Shown: positions 31,756 to 41,580 of the stretch, one piece after another
Layout: each line of letters starts with the position of its first letter
Numbering within the stretch: the first letter of the stretch is position 1
Notes under the pieces: model-generated
Told to the model about the DNA's origin: nothing
What the model saw: the letters and a program-made list of their open reading frames with translations, nothing else
Databases searched by the model: none
Translations under genes and position numbers: made by a program
DNA from: Cyanobacteriota bacterium
GTDB lineage: Bacteria > Cyanobacteriota > Cyanobacteriia > PCC-6307 > Cyanobiaceae
Direction of reading: 5' to 3'
NCBI GenBank assembly: GCA_046047935.1
Contig: JBJOHA010000058.1
Location: forward strand, 16,601-80,600
Length of the DNA stretch: 64,000 bases

Positions 31756-33512
31756 CCCTCGCTCCGCGCCGTCGCGTCTGGCTGTTGACCCTGGCGCTTC
31801 CCGTGATCGGGGCCCTGGCGCCACCCATGCCTGCACGGGGAGCTCCTCAAGCCGCGTCGACCACGGCTGATCTCGAGCGCAGTTGGCGCGAACTGGATCA
31901 GCAATTGCGCTGGCTCGATCAGATGCTGCCTCTGGAGGCGCTCACTCCGCCGCCTTCGGGCGGCGCGCCGCTGCCCTTGCCCCCCGCCCTGCTGGCGCCG
32001 AACGCGCCCCCTGTCGGTCCCCTCACCTCGGAAGGGGCGCGTCCGCCGCCGCCCCTCAGCCTGCCCGGGCCCGCCAGCCTCCAGGGGGGTGGCGCGCGCG
32101 CGCTCAGTCTGGAGGACGCTGTGGTGCTGGCCCTGCGCCAGAACCCCGCCGTGCAAGCTCGGCGGGAGCAGGTGGGGGCCGCTCTGGGGGAGCTGCGGGC
32201 CAGCCTGGGCGCCTGGTGGCCCCGCCTGGTGGCTGGGGTTGGCGCGGGTTACGACCGCTCTGGCACGCGAACGACCGTGTTGGAGTCGAGCACCGCGTTC
32301 GGGTTCGGGTCGCTCTACGGTCCGGGGGGACCCTTTTTCAACCCCAAGGGCGGCAGTGTGGGGCTGACGGAAAGCTCCGCCAGCCTGGCGGCGGGCTTGG
32401 CCCTGCGGCAGGAGCTCATCGACTTTGCCCGCACCCCTCGCGTGCGCGCGGCTCGGGCGCGGCTGGAGCAGCGGCGGGCCGACTACGCCGACGCCCTGCG
32501 ACGGCTGCAGCTCGAGGTGAGTGAGGCGTACTACGCCTTGCAGCAAGCCGACCAGTTGGTGCGCATTCGCGACGCGGAGGTGCGCAACGACCTGCAGATC
32601 CTGGCGGATGCCCTGCAACTCAAGCAGGCGGGGCTCGTGCCGCGGTTGGATGTGCTGCGCCGCCAGGCGATCGAGGCCAGCGGCCAGGAGGCCTTGATCC
32701 AGGCCCTGGCGGATCGGGCCGTGGCGCGGAGACGGCTGGCCGGTTTGCTCAACCTGCCGCCGGAGATCACGCCAGCGGCGGCGGATCCGATCCGGTTGCA
32801 AGCGCGCTGGCCCCTGGATTTGGAGCGCAGCCTGCTGGCGGCCTATCGGGGCAATCCGGAGCTCGAGGCGGTGCTGGCGGCCCGCCAGGCCTTGGCGGAG
32901 GAGCGTCTGGCGGCGGTGGCGGCCCTTCTGCCGCAGTTGTCGCTGTTCTCGGCTGTGGAAGCGAGCGGCAGCCGCGACAGCCTGTGGGGCTTCCGGGTGC
33001 GCGGCGGCGGGTGCTGCAATGCCTCCATCAGTCCTGAGAGCCGCGCCGCGGGCTGGGAGTGGTCGATCGGATTGAGCGTGCGCTGGTTGCTGTTCGACGG
33101 GGGCACTGCGGCTGGCGAGGCGGAGGCGCTGGAGCGGCGTCGGCGGGCCCTGGACCAGGAGCATGCCGCCCTTCGCGCGGCCATCCGGCTGCGGTTGGAG
33201 GAGGCGTTCTTTCAACACGAGGCCAGCCTGGCGAAGCTCGCCTCCACGCAGCGGGGAGTGGCGGCTGCCCTGGAGGCGTTTCGCGACATCCGCCTTCGTT
33301 ACAAGCTGGGGCTCGCCAATGAAGTGGACCTCTCCCTCACCCAGGAGCGGCTGATCAGCAGCCTGGTGCAGCGCCTCAACGCCACCGTGGGCGTGAATGT
33401 CACCTACGCGCGGCTGTTGCGTGAGCTGCTGCCCATGCCGGGCGATCCCTCCATGCCGATCGAGGCGCGGCTTCAGTTGGGTCGCGACGACCACCAGCGC
33501 TCGACCCGGTAG
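31752..33512 (+). CDS. TolC family outer membrane efflux protein
   Basis: ATGA overlap; LSLEDAVVLALRQNP, VSEAYYALQ, WLLFDGG, RYKLGL. Confidence 0.88.
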   Translation: MTLAPRRRVWLLTLALPVIGALAPPMPARGAPQAASTTADLERSWRELDQQLRWLDQMLPLEALTPPPSGGAPLPLPPALLAPNAPPVGPLTSEGARPPPPLSLPGPASLQGGGARALSLEDAVVLALRQNPAVQARREQVGAALGELRASLGAWWPRLVAGVGAGYDRSGTRTTVLESSTAFGFGSLYGPGGPFFNPKGGSVGLTESSASLAAGLALRQELIDFARTPRVRAARARLEQRRADYADALRRLQLEVSEAYYALQQADQLVRIRDAEVRNDLQILADALQLKQAGLVPRLDVLRRQAIEASGQEALIQALADRAVARRRLAGLLNLPPEITPAAADPIRLQARWPLDLERSLLAAYRGNPELEAVLAARQALAEERLAAVAALLPQLSLFSAVEASGSRDSLWGFRVRGGGCCNASISPESRAAGWEWSIGLSVRWLLFDGGTAAGEAEALERRRRALDQEHAALRAAIRLRLEEAFFQHEASLAKLASTQRGVAAALEAFRDIRLRYKLGLANEVDLSLTQERLISSLVQRLNATVGVNVTYARLLRELLPMPGDPSMPIEARLQLGRDDHQRSTR

Positions 33513-33661
33513 CCGAGCACGACAAGAAAGACCACCAGCCAGAACCAGAGTTCCGGCGGATTGGCGTTGCAGAGCACCACCAGGAGGGCCAACTCGGCCA
33601 CCAGCCAAGGCACTTCGCGCCGGAGGAGGGGATTGGCGTTCACGATGGGAGGCATGGCCAC
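33473..33661 (-). CDS. Small two-TM membrane protein
   Basis: 62 aa, LLRREVPWLV...NANPPELWFWLVVF...ERWW; lies just downstream of the HlyD gene. Confidence 0.6.
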   Translation of the reverse strand: MAMPPIVNANPLLRREVPWLVAELALLVVLCNANPPELWFWLVVFLVVLGYRVERWWSSRPN

Positions 33662-33668
33662 GGGTGGA

Positions 33669-35000
33669 TCATGGCGGCGGAAGGGTCCGGAGGGGAGAGG
33701 AACGATCGAAGGCGCGCGGGCGAAAGCCGCCGGTAAGGGAACGGAGGCCGGGAATCACGTAACTGATCGGGCTGCGCCATTCCACGTAGGCGTGGGTGGT
33801 CACCGTGAGGCCCTCGCGCACGGGGAAGACGGCGCTGCCGCGCGACAGGGTCCAGCGGAAGCCATCCCGGTTGCGCGGATCCCGCTCCAGGGTGATGTCG
33901 CCCCGCAACACCGGCCCCTCCTTGCTGAGCGCTTCCGCCAGCTGGGGGTTGCCGGTGGTGGTGGCGATGTCCTCCGGCGTGGCGGGCAGGGTGAACACCC
34001 GCCGCACCCGACCGACGATCCCCCCGAACCGTCCCCGTTGATTCCACTGGGGCACCACCTCCACCGGCAGATCGACCGGCAGTCGGCGGGCATCGGCGGG
34101 GGAGAAATAGGCCACGGCCTGCAGCGGCGGAGCGGAACCAGGCGGGGAGTCGAGGCGGCCGATGGTGCCCAGCCGTTGGCCGAGGGCGACGGTCTGGCCG
34201 GGGATGACCTGCAGATCGAGCACCACCCCGTCCCGCTCGCTCACCACGAGGCCCTCATACGCCAGACGGGAACGATTCACCGCGATGTCCCGTCGCAGAT
34301 CCGCGAGCACAAAGCCGCGTTGCAGGGCTTGCGTCTGAAGTTCCAGCCGTACTTTTTGAAAAGCATCCCGAGCCTCCTTCTCGCTGATGCGCGTCTGATC
34401 AAGATCCACTCCCGCGTTGGCGAGGCCCTGCTCGGCGGCGACCACCTCCGCCGCCAGGGGGGCCACCACCTCCCGGCGAGCCAACCACTCCAACCGCTTC
34501 ACCTTGGCGGCGTAGGTGGCCTGGAGCTGGCTGTAGCGGCGTCGATTGGCGGCCAGCTTGGCCAGGGTGGTGTCGCGACGGTCACGGGCTGTGGCCAAGC
34601 GAAGGGCATCGCGGGCGTCCAGCTCCCGGTTCTGGCGCTCCAACTGGGCCAGGTTGCCCAGCTGCTGCCGCAGCTGGCCCTCCAAGACCGGCAGCCGGAG
34701 CGCCAGCAACACCTGACCCTGTCGCACCCGGTCGCCGACGGCCACCCGAATCTCCTTCACCTGGCCGGTGGAGCGCGCATTGAGGAGGCCCGCAGTGTCG
34801 GGATAGAGGAGAACCCCCTGGCCGATCACCTCCGTCGGCACCGGCCACAGGAGCGCCCAAAGACCAAGCGCGGCGCCCATGCCCGCCAAAACAAAGCCCA
34901 CCTGGCGGTGATCACGGGCCGGGTCGCGGCCAGAGGATTGCGGGATGCCCCCTGGAGCGGTTGGCGCCAGAGGGGCGTCGATGGGATGGGGGCCCTGCAC
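33669..35000 (-). CDS. HlyD-family membrane fusion protein, NHLP-secretion-like (start uncertain)
   Basis: TM then WPVPTEVIGQGVLL, lipoyl-like GQVKEIRVAVGDRV, coiled coil, RFGGIVGRV, W...SG. Confidence 0.85.
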   Translation of the reverse strand: MQGPHPIDAPLAPTAPGGIPQSSGRDPARDHRQVGFVLAGMGAALGLWALLWPVPTEVIGQGVLLYPDTAGLLNARSTGQVKEIRVAVGDRVRQGQVLLALRLPVLEGQLRQQLGNLAQLERQNRELDARDALRLATARDRRDTTLAKLAANRRRYSQLQATYAAKVKRLEWLARREVVAPLAAEVVAAEQGLANAGVDLDQTRISEKEARDAFQKVRLELQTQALQRGFVLADLRRDIAVNRSRLAYEGLVVSERDGVVLDLQVIPGQTVALGQRLGTIGRLDSPPGSAPPLQAVAYFSPADARRLPVDLPVEVVPQWNQRGRFGGIVGRVRRVFTLPATPEDIATTTGNPQLAEALSKEGPVLRGDITLERDPRNRDGFRWTLSRGSAVFPVREGLTVTTHAYVEWRSPISYVIPGLRSLTGGFRPRAFDRSSPLRTLPPP

Positions 35001-35121
35001 GGGACTGCCCTGGCCTGAGTTCGAGAAGTCTGGCGAATGATCGCTGCGCAAGGTTCTTGGGGCAACCTTCTCTGTGCTTCCTCCCCTGTGCTTCCTCGCA
35101 AACCCTCCACCGCGCCTTTTC

Positions 35122-35213
35122 CAGCCCCAGCGCCTTCTCTCCAACAGCCCCAGCGCCTTCTCTCCAACAGCCCCAGCGACTCCTCTTCAACAGCCTCGGG
35201 GCCTTCTCTCCAA
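35122..35213. repeat. Four tandem copies of a 23-bp unit (CAGCCCCAGCGCCTTCTCTCCAA)
   Basis: Units at 35122, 35145, 35168, 35191; the first two are identical. Confidence 0.9.
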
Positions 35214-35309
35214 CAGTCCGGGACCTCCTCGCCCCCGTCCTCGCCCCCCAACTCGCGATCGCCTGCGCCAACCCGGGCCATTGCTGCACCGCTTCGGTAG
35301 GACAGGACC

Positions 35310-36203
35310 ATGGACACCGCTTCCTTCACCCACCAAAGCGTTCTGGCCACGGAGGTGGTGGAGGCCTTTGCCGCCCTGCCGCCCGCCGAGGAAGGGGAGC
35401 CGCCGCGGCTGATCGATTGCACCCTCGGCGGCGGTGGCCACAGCGCCCTGTTGCTGGCGGCCCATCCCCGGTTGGAGGTGGTGGGGCTGGATCAGGACCC
35501 CACCGCCCGGGCCGCCGCTGCCGCGCGCCTGGCGCCCTGGGGGGAGCGAGGTCGGATCGTGGCCACCAATTTCGCGTTGTACGAGCCGGAGCGTCCGGTG
35601 CAGGGGGTGATGGCGGATCTGGGGGTGAGCAGCCCCCAGATCGATCGGCCCGAACGGGGGTTCAGCTTTCGGGATGACGGCCCGATCGACATGCGCATGA
35701 ATCCCGATGGTGGCGAGACCGCTGCGGCGCTGCTGGATCGGTTGGAGGAGAACGCCCTGGCGGATCTGCTCTTCACCCTGGGAGAGGAACGGCTCTCCCG
35801 CCGCATCGCCCGCCGGCTGGTGGCCGAGCGGGCCAGCCGTCCCTGGCGGGAGCGCGGCACCGCCGACCTGGCTTACGTGATCGCCGGTTGTTATCCGCCC
35901 AAGGCGCGTCATGGTCGTCTCCACCCCGCCACCCGTTGCTTCCAGGCGCTGCGCATCGCCGTGAACGATGAGCTCGGCGCCCTGGAGCGGTTGTTGGCCG
36001 CTGCGCCCGCGTGGCTGGCGCCAGGCGGTCTGCTGGCGATCATCAGCTTCCATTCCCTCGAAGACCGGCTGGTGAAACGCGCCTTCCTGGAGGATCCACG
36101 GTTGGAGCGGCTGAGCCGCAAACCGATCACTGCCGGCGAGGAGGAGGTGCTCGCCAATCCGCGCAGCCGCTCCGCCAAGCTGCGCCTGGCCCGCAAGCGT
36201 TGA
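35310..36203 (+). CDS. rsmH: 16S rRNA m4C1402 methyltransferase
   Basis: [46 protein letters not shown]. Confidence 0.97.
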   Translation: MDTASFTHQSVLATEVVEAFAALPPAEEGEPPRLIDCTLGGGGHSALLLAAHPRLEVVGLDQDPTARAAAAARLAPWGERGRIVATNFALYEPERPVQGVMADLGVSSPQIDRPERGFSFRDDGPIDMRMNPDGGETAAALLDRLEENALADLLFTLGEERLSRRIARRLVAERASRPWRERGTADLAYVIAGCYPPKARHGRLHPATRCFQALRIAVNDELGALERLLAAAPAWLAPGGLLAIISFHSLEDRLVKRAFLEDPRLERLSRKPITAGEEEVLANPRSRSAKLRLARKR

Positions 36204-36208
36204 CGCCC

Positions 36209-36658
36209 TCAATTCGTGGAATCGAGGGCATGCGCCGGGCGCGTCTCATCCGGATCCACGGGCAACCCCTGCCAGCCCAACGCCAGTCGCCGCGCCAACA
36301 GCAGCGCGGGGTAGAGGCGCCGGGCGCGGGGGGTGGGGGCGAACAGGGGCGCGAGCACCCGCAGCAAGCCGGCGCTCGGCGTCATGCGCGCGCACAGCCA
36401 GGAGATGGCCTCAGCCCCGTGCCACACCCGCTCCCCTTCGATCACCACGGCGCCATCGCGCAGGTGACATCCCCGCTCGGCCAGGGCGTGGCGCAGGGCG
36501 GCATCCGCGCGGCCATCCCGGATGCGCAGGTCCGGCAAGCCACCGCGCAATTCACTGAGCTCGGCGAAGTGGCGGCAGAAGGGACAACCGCCGTCAAACA
36601 CCAACACCGGCGAGGCCTCCGCGTTTGGTTCAGACCCCAAAAGAGAGCGCGTGTCCAT
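36209..36658 (-). CDS. DUF393/DCC1-like thiol-disulfide oxidoreductase
   Basis: VLVFDGGCPFC, GAEAI; start ATG 36658. Confidence 0.8.
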   Translation of the reverse strand: MDTRSLLGSEPNAEASPVLVFDGGCPFCRHFAELSELRGGLPDLRIRDGRADAALRHALAERGCHLRDGAVVIEGERVWHGAEAISWLCARMTPSAGLLRVLAPLFAPTPRARRLYPALLLARRLALGWQGLPVDPDETRPAHALDSTN

Positions 36659-36731
36659 CGCTGTGACGGGGAATCCAGGAGGAACATCCTGGCGAGAACG
36701 CCAGGACCACCGAGAATGACTCTTCCCTTGC

Positions 36732-37277
36732 GTGTTGGCCATGCCTGCCTGGAGCCGATGCGGGCGACGTTGGGCGCAATCCCTGTTCTCGAGCATCTAC
36801 GCGAGCCTGAGGTCAGGCCTGACCTCAGGGCTGTCCTCGGGCTTGGCCGCAGTCTTGGCGGTGGTGCTGGCACCTCCCCTGACCTTTCCCCTGACCTTTC
36901 CCCTGGCCCTTCCCCTGGCCCTGCTCCTGCCAGGCCCGGGCCCCGCTTGGGCCGACAGCACCCCGCCCCTGCGGAGCTACCTCTGCGAGGGCGATCCCCT
37001 CATCGCCGAGCTGGAGCGCGGTCCCATGGATGATCCCTCCATCCCCGATCCCAGCGCCGCGCCGGTGCCTGTTGGCGGTTGGGTGGTGTTGCGCTGGCGA
37101 GAGCTGAGCCTGCAGCTGCCGCGCACCAACAACGCGGGCGAGGCCAGCTTCAGCGATGGCAAGTGGTGGTGGAGCCTGGAGGATCCGACCCATCCGCGCT
37201 TCCGTCTGCGGCAGCCCCAGGGCGATCCTCGGGAGTTCGCCTGCGTGGAGGCCAGCCTCCCTCAACCACCCCATTAG
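36732..37277 (+). CDS. Hypothetical exported protein
   Basis: Hydrophobic repeat-rich N-terminus, then YLCEGD...LQLPRTNNAG..SFSDGKWWWS...C. Confidence 0.65.
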   Translation: MLAMPAWSRCGRRWAQSLFSSIYASLRSGLTSGLSSGLAAVLAVVLAPPLTFPLTFPLALPLALLLPGPGPAWADSTPPLRSYLCEGDPLIAELERGPMDDPSIPDPSAAPVPVGGWVVLRWRELSLQLPRTNNAGEASFSDGKWWWSLEDPTHPRFRLRQPQGDPREFACVEASLPQPPH

Positions 37278-37371
37278 GGTTTCATCGGGTGGTCTGGTCA
37301 CGCCCTTCCGCATCCCGCCTCCCGCCCTCCCGCCTCCCTGGTCCCGCCTTCCCGCCTTCTCGCCTCGTTCC

Positions 37372-37947
37372 TTGGATCTGCCTTCCCTCCCGACGCTTCA
37401 CTTCACCCGCGTCGACGGGCTGTGGTGGGCGTCCCTGCTGGTGCAGATGTTGGCGATTCCAGGCACCTGGCTTCCGGTGCTGCCTGGCCTGGCCCTGCTT
37501 CCTTTGGGCACCCTGCTGTGGGTGTGGGCGGTGGGGTGGAGCGCGGGCTGGCCGCCCCTGCTGCTCGCGGGGGTGATTCTCCTGCTCGGCTGGGGGGCGG
37601 ATGCCCTGGGTCTGGTGCTCGGCGCCGCCCGGATGCAAGCCACGCGCTGGGCCTACATCGGCTCCGGACTCGGCCTGATGGCCGGGTTGTTCGGACTGCT
37701 GCCCGCCCTGCCGGTGGGGGGTCCCCTGGTGGGCGCCCTGGTGGGTCCCCTACTGGGGGCCGCCCTCGGGGAGCTCCTCACCGCTCCCACCTCCTTGGGC
37801 CCCCTCGGCCTGCTGCGCCTGCGCCGCTCCCTTCTGGTGGGGCTGGCGGTGGTGGCCGGGATGCTCGTCAGCCGGTTGGCGCAATCCCTGCTTGCGCTGG
37901 CGGGGGTGGCGGGTTTCGTGCTGCTGACGGCCGGACCCTTCCGCTGA
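37372..37947 (+). CDS. DUF456-like membrane protein (start uncertain)
   Basis: PGTWLPVLPG, GALVGPLLGAALGE Gly-rich helices. Confidence 0.75.
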   Translation: MDLPSLPTLHFTRVDGLWWASLLVQMLAIPGTWLPVLPGLALLPLGTLLWVWAVGWSAGWPPLLLAGVILLLGWGADALGLVLGAARMQATRWAYIGSGLGLMAGLFGLLPALPVGGPLVGALVGPLLGAALGELLTAPTSLGPLGLLRLRRSLLVGLAVVAGMLVSRLAQSLLALAGVAGFVLLTAGPFR

Positions 37948-37956
37948 AAGGCGAAA

Positions 37957-38016
37957 CCCTCTCTCAGAGGCCCCTCTCTCAGAGGCCTCTCTCTCAGAGG
38001 CCCCTCTCGCGAAGGC
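37957..38016. repeat. Four tandem 15-bp units (CCCTCTCTCAGAGGC) with internal inverted repeat
   Basis: Units at 37957, 37972, 37987, 38002; CCTCT-N3-AGAGG stem; between converging genes. Confidence 0.85.
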
Positions 38017-38824
38017 CGCCCATCTCCGGCAGGGCGCGCGTGAGGCCCGTGCGGTCCTCCGGTCCGAACACTTGGCGATAGGCCGCCGTCGAGACGCAGG
38101 TCACCAGGGGGATGGCCACCACCAGACCCACCCCGCAAGCGCACAGACCCGCCACCAGGAGCGCGCCATTGAGCAGAAGCAGGCTCACCACCGATGGCCA
38201 GACGGGATCGACCCGCCGAGGGCCTTGGGCCAGGGCCTCAAATGCATGGTCGTCATGGAGCAGGGCCACCTGCGGAAGGAACGCCTGGCTCACGGAGAGG
38301 TAGACGGTTCCGGCAAGAAGGGCGAGTGCGGGCGGCAAGGCGAGCCAGGCGTTCCAGCGCCCCAGCACCGCCGCCAGCATCACCAGCACGGCCACCACCA
38401 GCGCCATGCCAAAGCCCAGCAGGAATCCCGGCAGATACAACCGCAGCAGGGCCCGCGAATCCCAGCGGGTGAAGGCGTGGGGCCGGGGCCGCGCGCCGCT
38501 GAGCGCCACCCAAGCCGCCCGCACCATGCCGCAGCTGCCCCAGAGATTCACAACGACGCTCAACAGCGAGGAGAAGAGCAGAAGGCCGAGGGTCACGGTG
38601 AGGTCGCGAAGAGCGGGAAGCAGCGTCGACCAATCGCTCGGGGACCCCAGCCGCCGCACCGTCTCCGGCGTCAGGTCGGGTTGCAGGCTTTGCAAGAGCA
38701 CCTGCAGGGCGGCCAGCAGCAGGGCGAAGCCTGCAAACAGCCAGGGGGCCCGCTGGAAGGCTCGCCAGCCGTCCCGCAGGGCCAGCCCCACATCTAGGAA
38801 GGGTTGGGACGGAGAGGCGCTCAT
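37994..38824 (-). CDS. Integral membrane protein of unknown function
   Basis: Multiple TM helices; GLALRDGWRAF...P, ACGVGLVVAIP, AAYRQ. Confidence 0.75.
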   Translation of the reverse strand: MSASPSQPFLDVGLALRDGWRAFQRAPWLFAGFALLLAALQVLLQSLQPDLTPETVRRLGSPSDWSTLLPALRDLTVTLGLLLFSSLLSVVVNLWGSCGMVRAAWVALSGARPRPHAFTRWDSRALLRLYLPGFLLGFGMALVVAVLVMLAAVLGRWNAWLALPPALALLAGTVYLSVSQAFLPQVALLHDDHAFEALAQGPRRVDPVWPSVVSLLLLNGALLVAGLCACGVGLVVAIPLVTCVSTAAYRQVFGPEDRTGLTRALPEMGGLRERGL

Positions 38825-38851
38825 GGCGGCGAAAGCGGCAGCGGTCGCAAG

Positions 38852-39994
38852 CTAGGCCGATCCCTTGAGGGTGGACAGGGCGTCCGCCACGGCCTCCACC
38901 GCCGCGTCCACCTCCCGTTGCCCGGTCTGGCGACCCAGGCCGAAACGAATCGAGGCGGCCGCCTGCCGCCGGTCGCGTCCGAGGGCGGCGAGCACATGGG
39001 AGGGCCTTCCCTCAGCGCAGGCGGAGCCACTGCCCACCGCCAGCCGTCGCCGCAGCTGCTGGTGGAGGCGGGTGCCGTCCACCTCCGTCAGGGTGACGTT
39101 CAAATTGTGGGGGAGGACCTGACAGGCGGCGCCGTTGCGCTCCACCCCCCCCAGGGCCTTCAGACGCTGCCAGAGCTGATCCCGCAGGGCGCCCAGCCTT
39201 TCGGCCCGCTCCGCGCGGTCGGCCAGAGCGAGCTCCAAGGCGGTGGCCAGGCCGAGGATCAAGGGCACCGGCAGGGTGCCAGCGCGCAGCCCCCGCTCCT
39301 GCCCGCCCCCGAGCTGCTGGGGGGCGAGGCGCACGCCGGGGCGGATCACCAAGGCACCCACCCCCTTGGGGCCATAAAACTTGTGCGCGCTGAGGCTGAG
39401 CAGATCCACGCCGAGGTCTGCCATGGACAGGGGGATGTGGCCCGCAGCCTGGGCGGCGTCGCAGTGGAGCAACACCCCCTGGCGACGGCAGAGGGCGGCG
39501 ATGGCCTTCAGGGGCTGCAGCACGCCGATCTCATTGTTGGCCGCCATCACCGAAAGCAGCAGGGTGTCGGGGGTGAGGGCCTCGGCCAGACGATCCAGAT
39601 CCACGAGCCCGTCGGGTCGCACGGGCAGGAGCGTCACAGGGGCGCCCTGGCGGGCGAGGGCGGCGATCGGATCGAGAACGGCGTGATGCTCCGTCGCCAG
39701 GGTGACCAGGCCACGGCGCCGCTGGCCATCCGCCCGGGCCGCTTCCACCACGCCGCGCAGAGCAAGATTGTTGGCCTCTGTGGCGCCACTGGTGAAGACC
39801 ACCGTGTCGTCCGCCATGCCCAGGGCCCTGGCGATCTGGCCGCGGGCGCGCTCCACGGCGGCGGAGGCTTCCAGCCCCGGACGGTGAAGGCGGCTGGAGG
39901 GATTGGCAAAGCGCTCCTGCCACCAGGGCGCCATCGCCTCCACCACCGCTGTGGCACAGGGGGTGGTGGCGTGGTGGTCGAGATAAGCGAGCAT
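38852..39994 (-). CDS. iscS: Cysteine desulfurase
   Basis: YLDHHATTP, FTSGATEANN, SAHKFYGPKG, GSGSAC. Confidence 0.92.
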   Translation of the reverse strand: MLAYLDHHATTPCATAVVEAMAPWWQERFANPSSRLHRPGLEASAAVERARGQIARALGMADDTVVFTSGATEANNLALRGVVEAARADGQRRRGLVTLATEHHAVLDPIAALARQGAPVTLLPVRPDGLVDLDRLAEALTPDTLLLSVMAANNEIGVLQPLKAIAALCRRQGVLLHCDAAQAAGHIPLSMADLGVDLLSLSAHKFYGPKGVGALVIRPGVRLAPQQLGGGQERGLRAGTLPVPLILGLATALELALADRAERAERLGALRDQLWQRLKALGGVERNGAACQVLPHNLNVTLTEVDGTRLHQQLRRRLAVGSGSACAEGRPSHVLAALGRDRRQAAASIRFGLGRQTGQREVDAAVEAVADALSTLKGSA

Positions 39995-40000
39995 GGCGCC

Positions 40001-40726
40001 ATGCTGACAAAACGTTTCACCCGTCGGGATCGGGAGCGCCGTCACTGGCGGGCGGCTCTGGGGGCGATGGCTCCTCTGGCAGCGATCGCGGGGATCGCGG
40101 CATTGGCGGAGATCGCGGCATTGCCGGGGATCGCAGGGATGACGGCGATCGCGGGGACTGCGGGAATGGCGGGGACGGCGGGGATGGCGGGAATGGTCCT
40201 CAGCGAGGCGGGACCGGCATTGGCGCAACCGGTCGGGGCGGGGGAGCCGGCGGCGAGCCCCCTGCCGTTCCCCCGGTTGGACCCGGACTTCGGCGACGAG
40301 CCTCCCCCTCCCGAGGATCTGGTCGTGCTGACGAAGCGAATCACCCTCAAGGGTCGCTCAAGGCTGGGGGTGTTCGGCCGAGAGCAGGACCCGGCGCAAC
40401 CGCTGGTCTGGCGGTTGAAAGTCTGGGAGCAGACAGAGGATCGGGTGTTTGTCTCCACCGATGTGCTCCATTGCGGCACGACGCAGCCGATGCGCATCAC
40501 CGGTGGAAGCGGTGGTGTTCGCGGGGTTCTCATCCTGCGGGAGCTCAATCCCGGCGGACCGATCACCCCCGCCAACCGGCTGGACCACCAGATCTGGTGG
40601 GCGGCCTGCTTCCCCGAGCAGGCGGGCCGCGATCCCGCCAGCCTCGGGCCGGAAGCCCGGCGTCTGGGCTTCAGCGGAACCCTTGTCGAGCGTGAGCAGG
40701 TGTTGCCCGGCGCCCGTCGTCCGTAG
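40001..40726 (+). CDS. Hypothetical exported protein with 9-bp repeat-coded AGIA/AGMA tract
   Basis: Long hydrophobic N-terminus; C-terminal domain LKVWEQ...HC...NRLDHQIWWAAC. Confidence 0.65.
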   Translation: MLTKRFTRRDRERRHWRAALGAMAPLAAIAGIAALAEIAALPGIAGMTAIAGTAGMAGTAGMAGMVLSEAGPALAQPVGAGEPAASPLPFPRLDPDFGDEPPPPEDLVVLTKRITLKGRSRLGVFGREQDPAQPLVWRLKVWEQTEDRVFVSTDVLHCGTTQPMRITGGSGGVRGVLILRELNPGGPITPANRLDHQIWWAACFPEQAGRDPASLGPEARRLGFSGTLVEREQVLPGARRP

Positions 40727-40748
40727 GCTGAGCGGGTCGCCCGTTCCC

Positions 40749-41525
40749 ATGGCTCCCACCTCCCCCGCTGACGCCACCGGCTCCGATTCCCTTGGAGCGT
40801 CCCCTCCTGAGACGGCCAACTCCGAGATGGAACACGCGCCGGTGCGCGTGTTGCTGGTGGATGATGAACCCGGTTTGCGCACTGCGGTGAAGGCCTTTCT
40901 CGAGGATGAGGGGTTTCAAGTGACCACCGCCAATGACGGCGAGGAGGGCTGGACCCAGGCTCAACAACTCGCGCCGGATGTGGTCATCACCGACGTGATG
41001 ATGCCCCGTTGCGATGGCTACGGCCTGCTCAAGCGCCTGCGGGCCGATGAGCGGCTGGGCGGCACGCCCGTGATCTTCCTCACCGCCAAGGGGATGACCG
41101 CCGATCGCATCGCCGGTTTCACCGCCGGCGCGGATGACTACATTCCCAAGCCCTTTGATCCGGAAGAGCTGGTGGCGCGGCTGCGCAATGTGGCGCGCCG
41201 CCAGGAGCGTCTGCTGGCCGAGGCCGCCCGTTTCGCCGATGCCGACATCGGTCAGATGGCCAAGCAGATCACCGAGATCCGCTCCATGCTTGGCACCGGC
41301 GGAGTGAAAAAGCAAGCGCCAGCGCTGGCCTTTGATTTCACGCCACGGGAGGCGAGCGTGCTCCAGTTGGTGGCGGAAGGGCTGATGAACAAGGAGATCG
41401 CCCGCCAGCTCGACACCTCCATCCGCAATGTGGAGAAGTACGTCAGCCGCTTGTTCATCAAAACGGGCACCTCCAGCCGCACCGAACTGGTGCGCCATGC
41501 CCTGGAGCATGGGCTGGTCGACTGA
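40749..41525 (+). CDS. NarL/LuxR-type response regulator, ycf29/Rre1-like
   Basis: LLVDDEPGLR, TDVMMP, FLTAKG, KPFDP; HTH TPREASVLQLVAEGLMNKEIA. Confidence 0.92.
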   Translation: MAPTSPADATGSDSLGASPPETANSEMEHAPVRVLLVDDEPGLRTAVKAFLEDEGFQVTTANDGEEGWTQAQQLAPDVVITDVMMPRCDGYGLLKRLRADERLGGTPVIFLTAKGMTADRIAGFTAGADDYIPKPFDPEELVARLRNVARRQERLLAEAARFADADIGQMAKQITEIRSMLGTGGVKKQAPALAFDFTPREASVLQLVAEGLMNKEIARQLDTSIRNVEKYVSRLFIKTGTSSRTELVRHALEHGLVD

Positions 41526-41580
41526 TCGCGCGCCCTCGCCCCCTTTCCCCGCCCCCGAGGAGCATGGCGGCCAGGAGGGG

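Noticed and set aside
35122-35213. Possible CRISPR array
   Set aside because: Units are directly adjacent with no spacers, and no cas genes are in the window.
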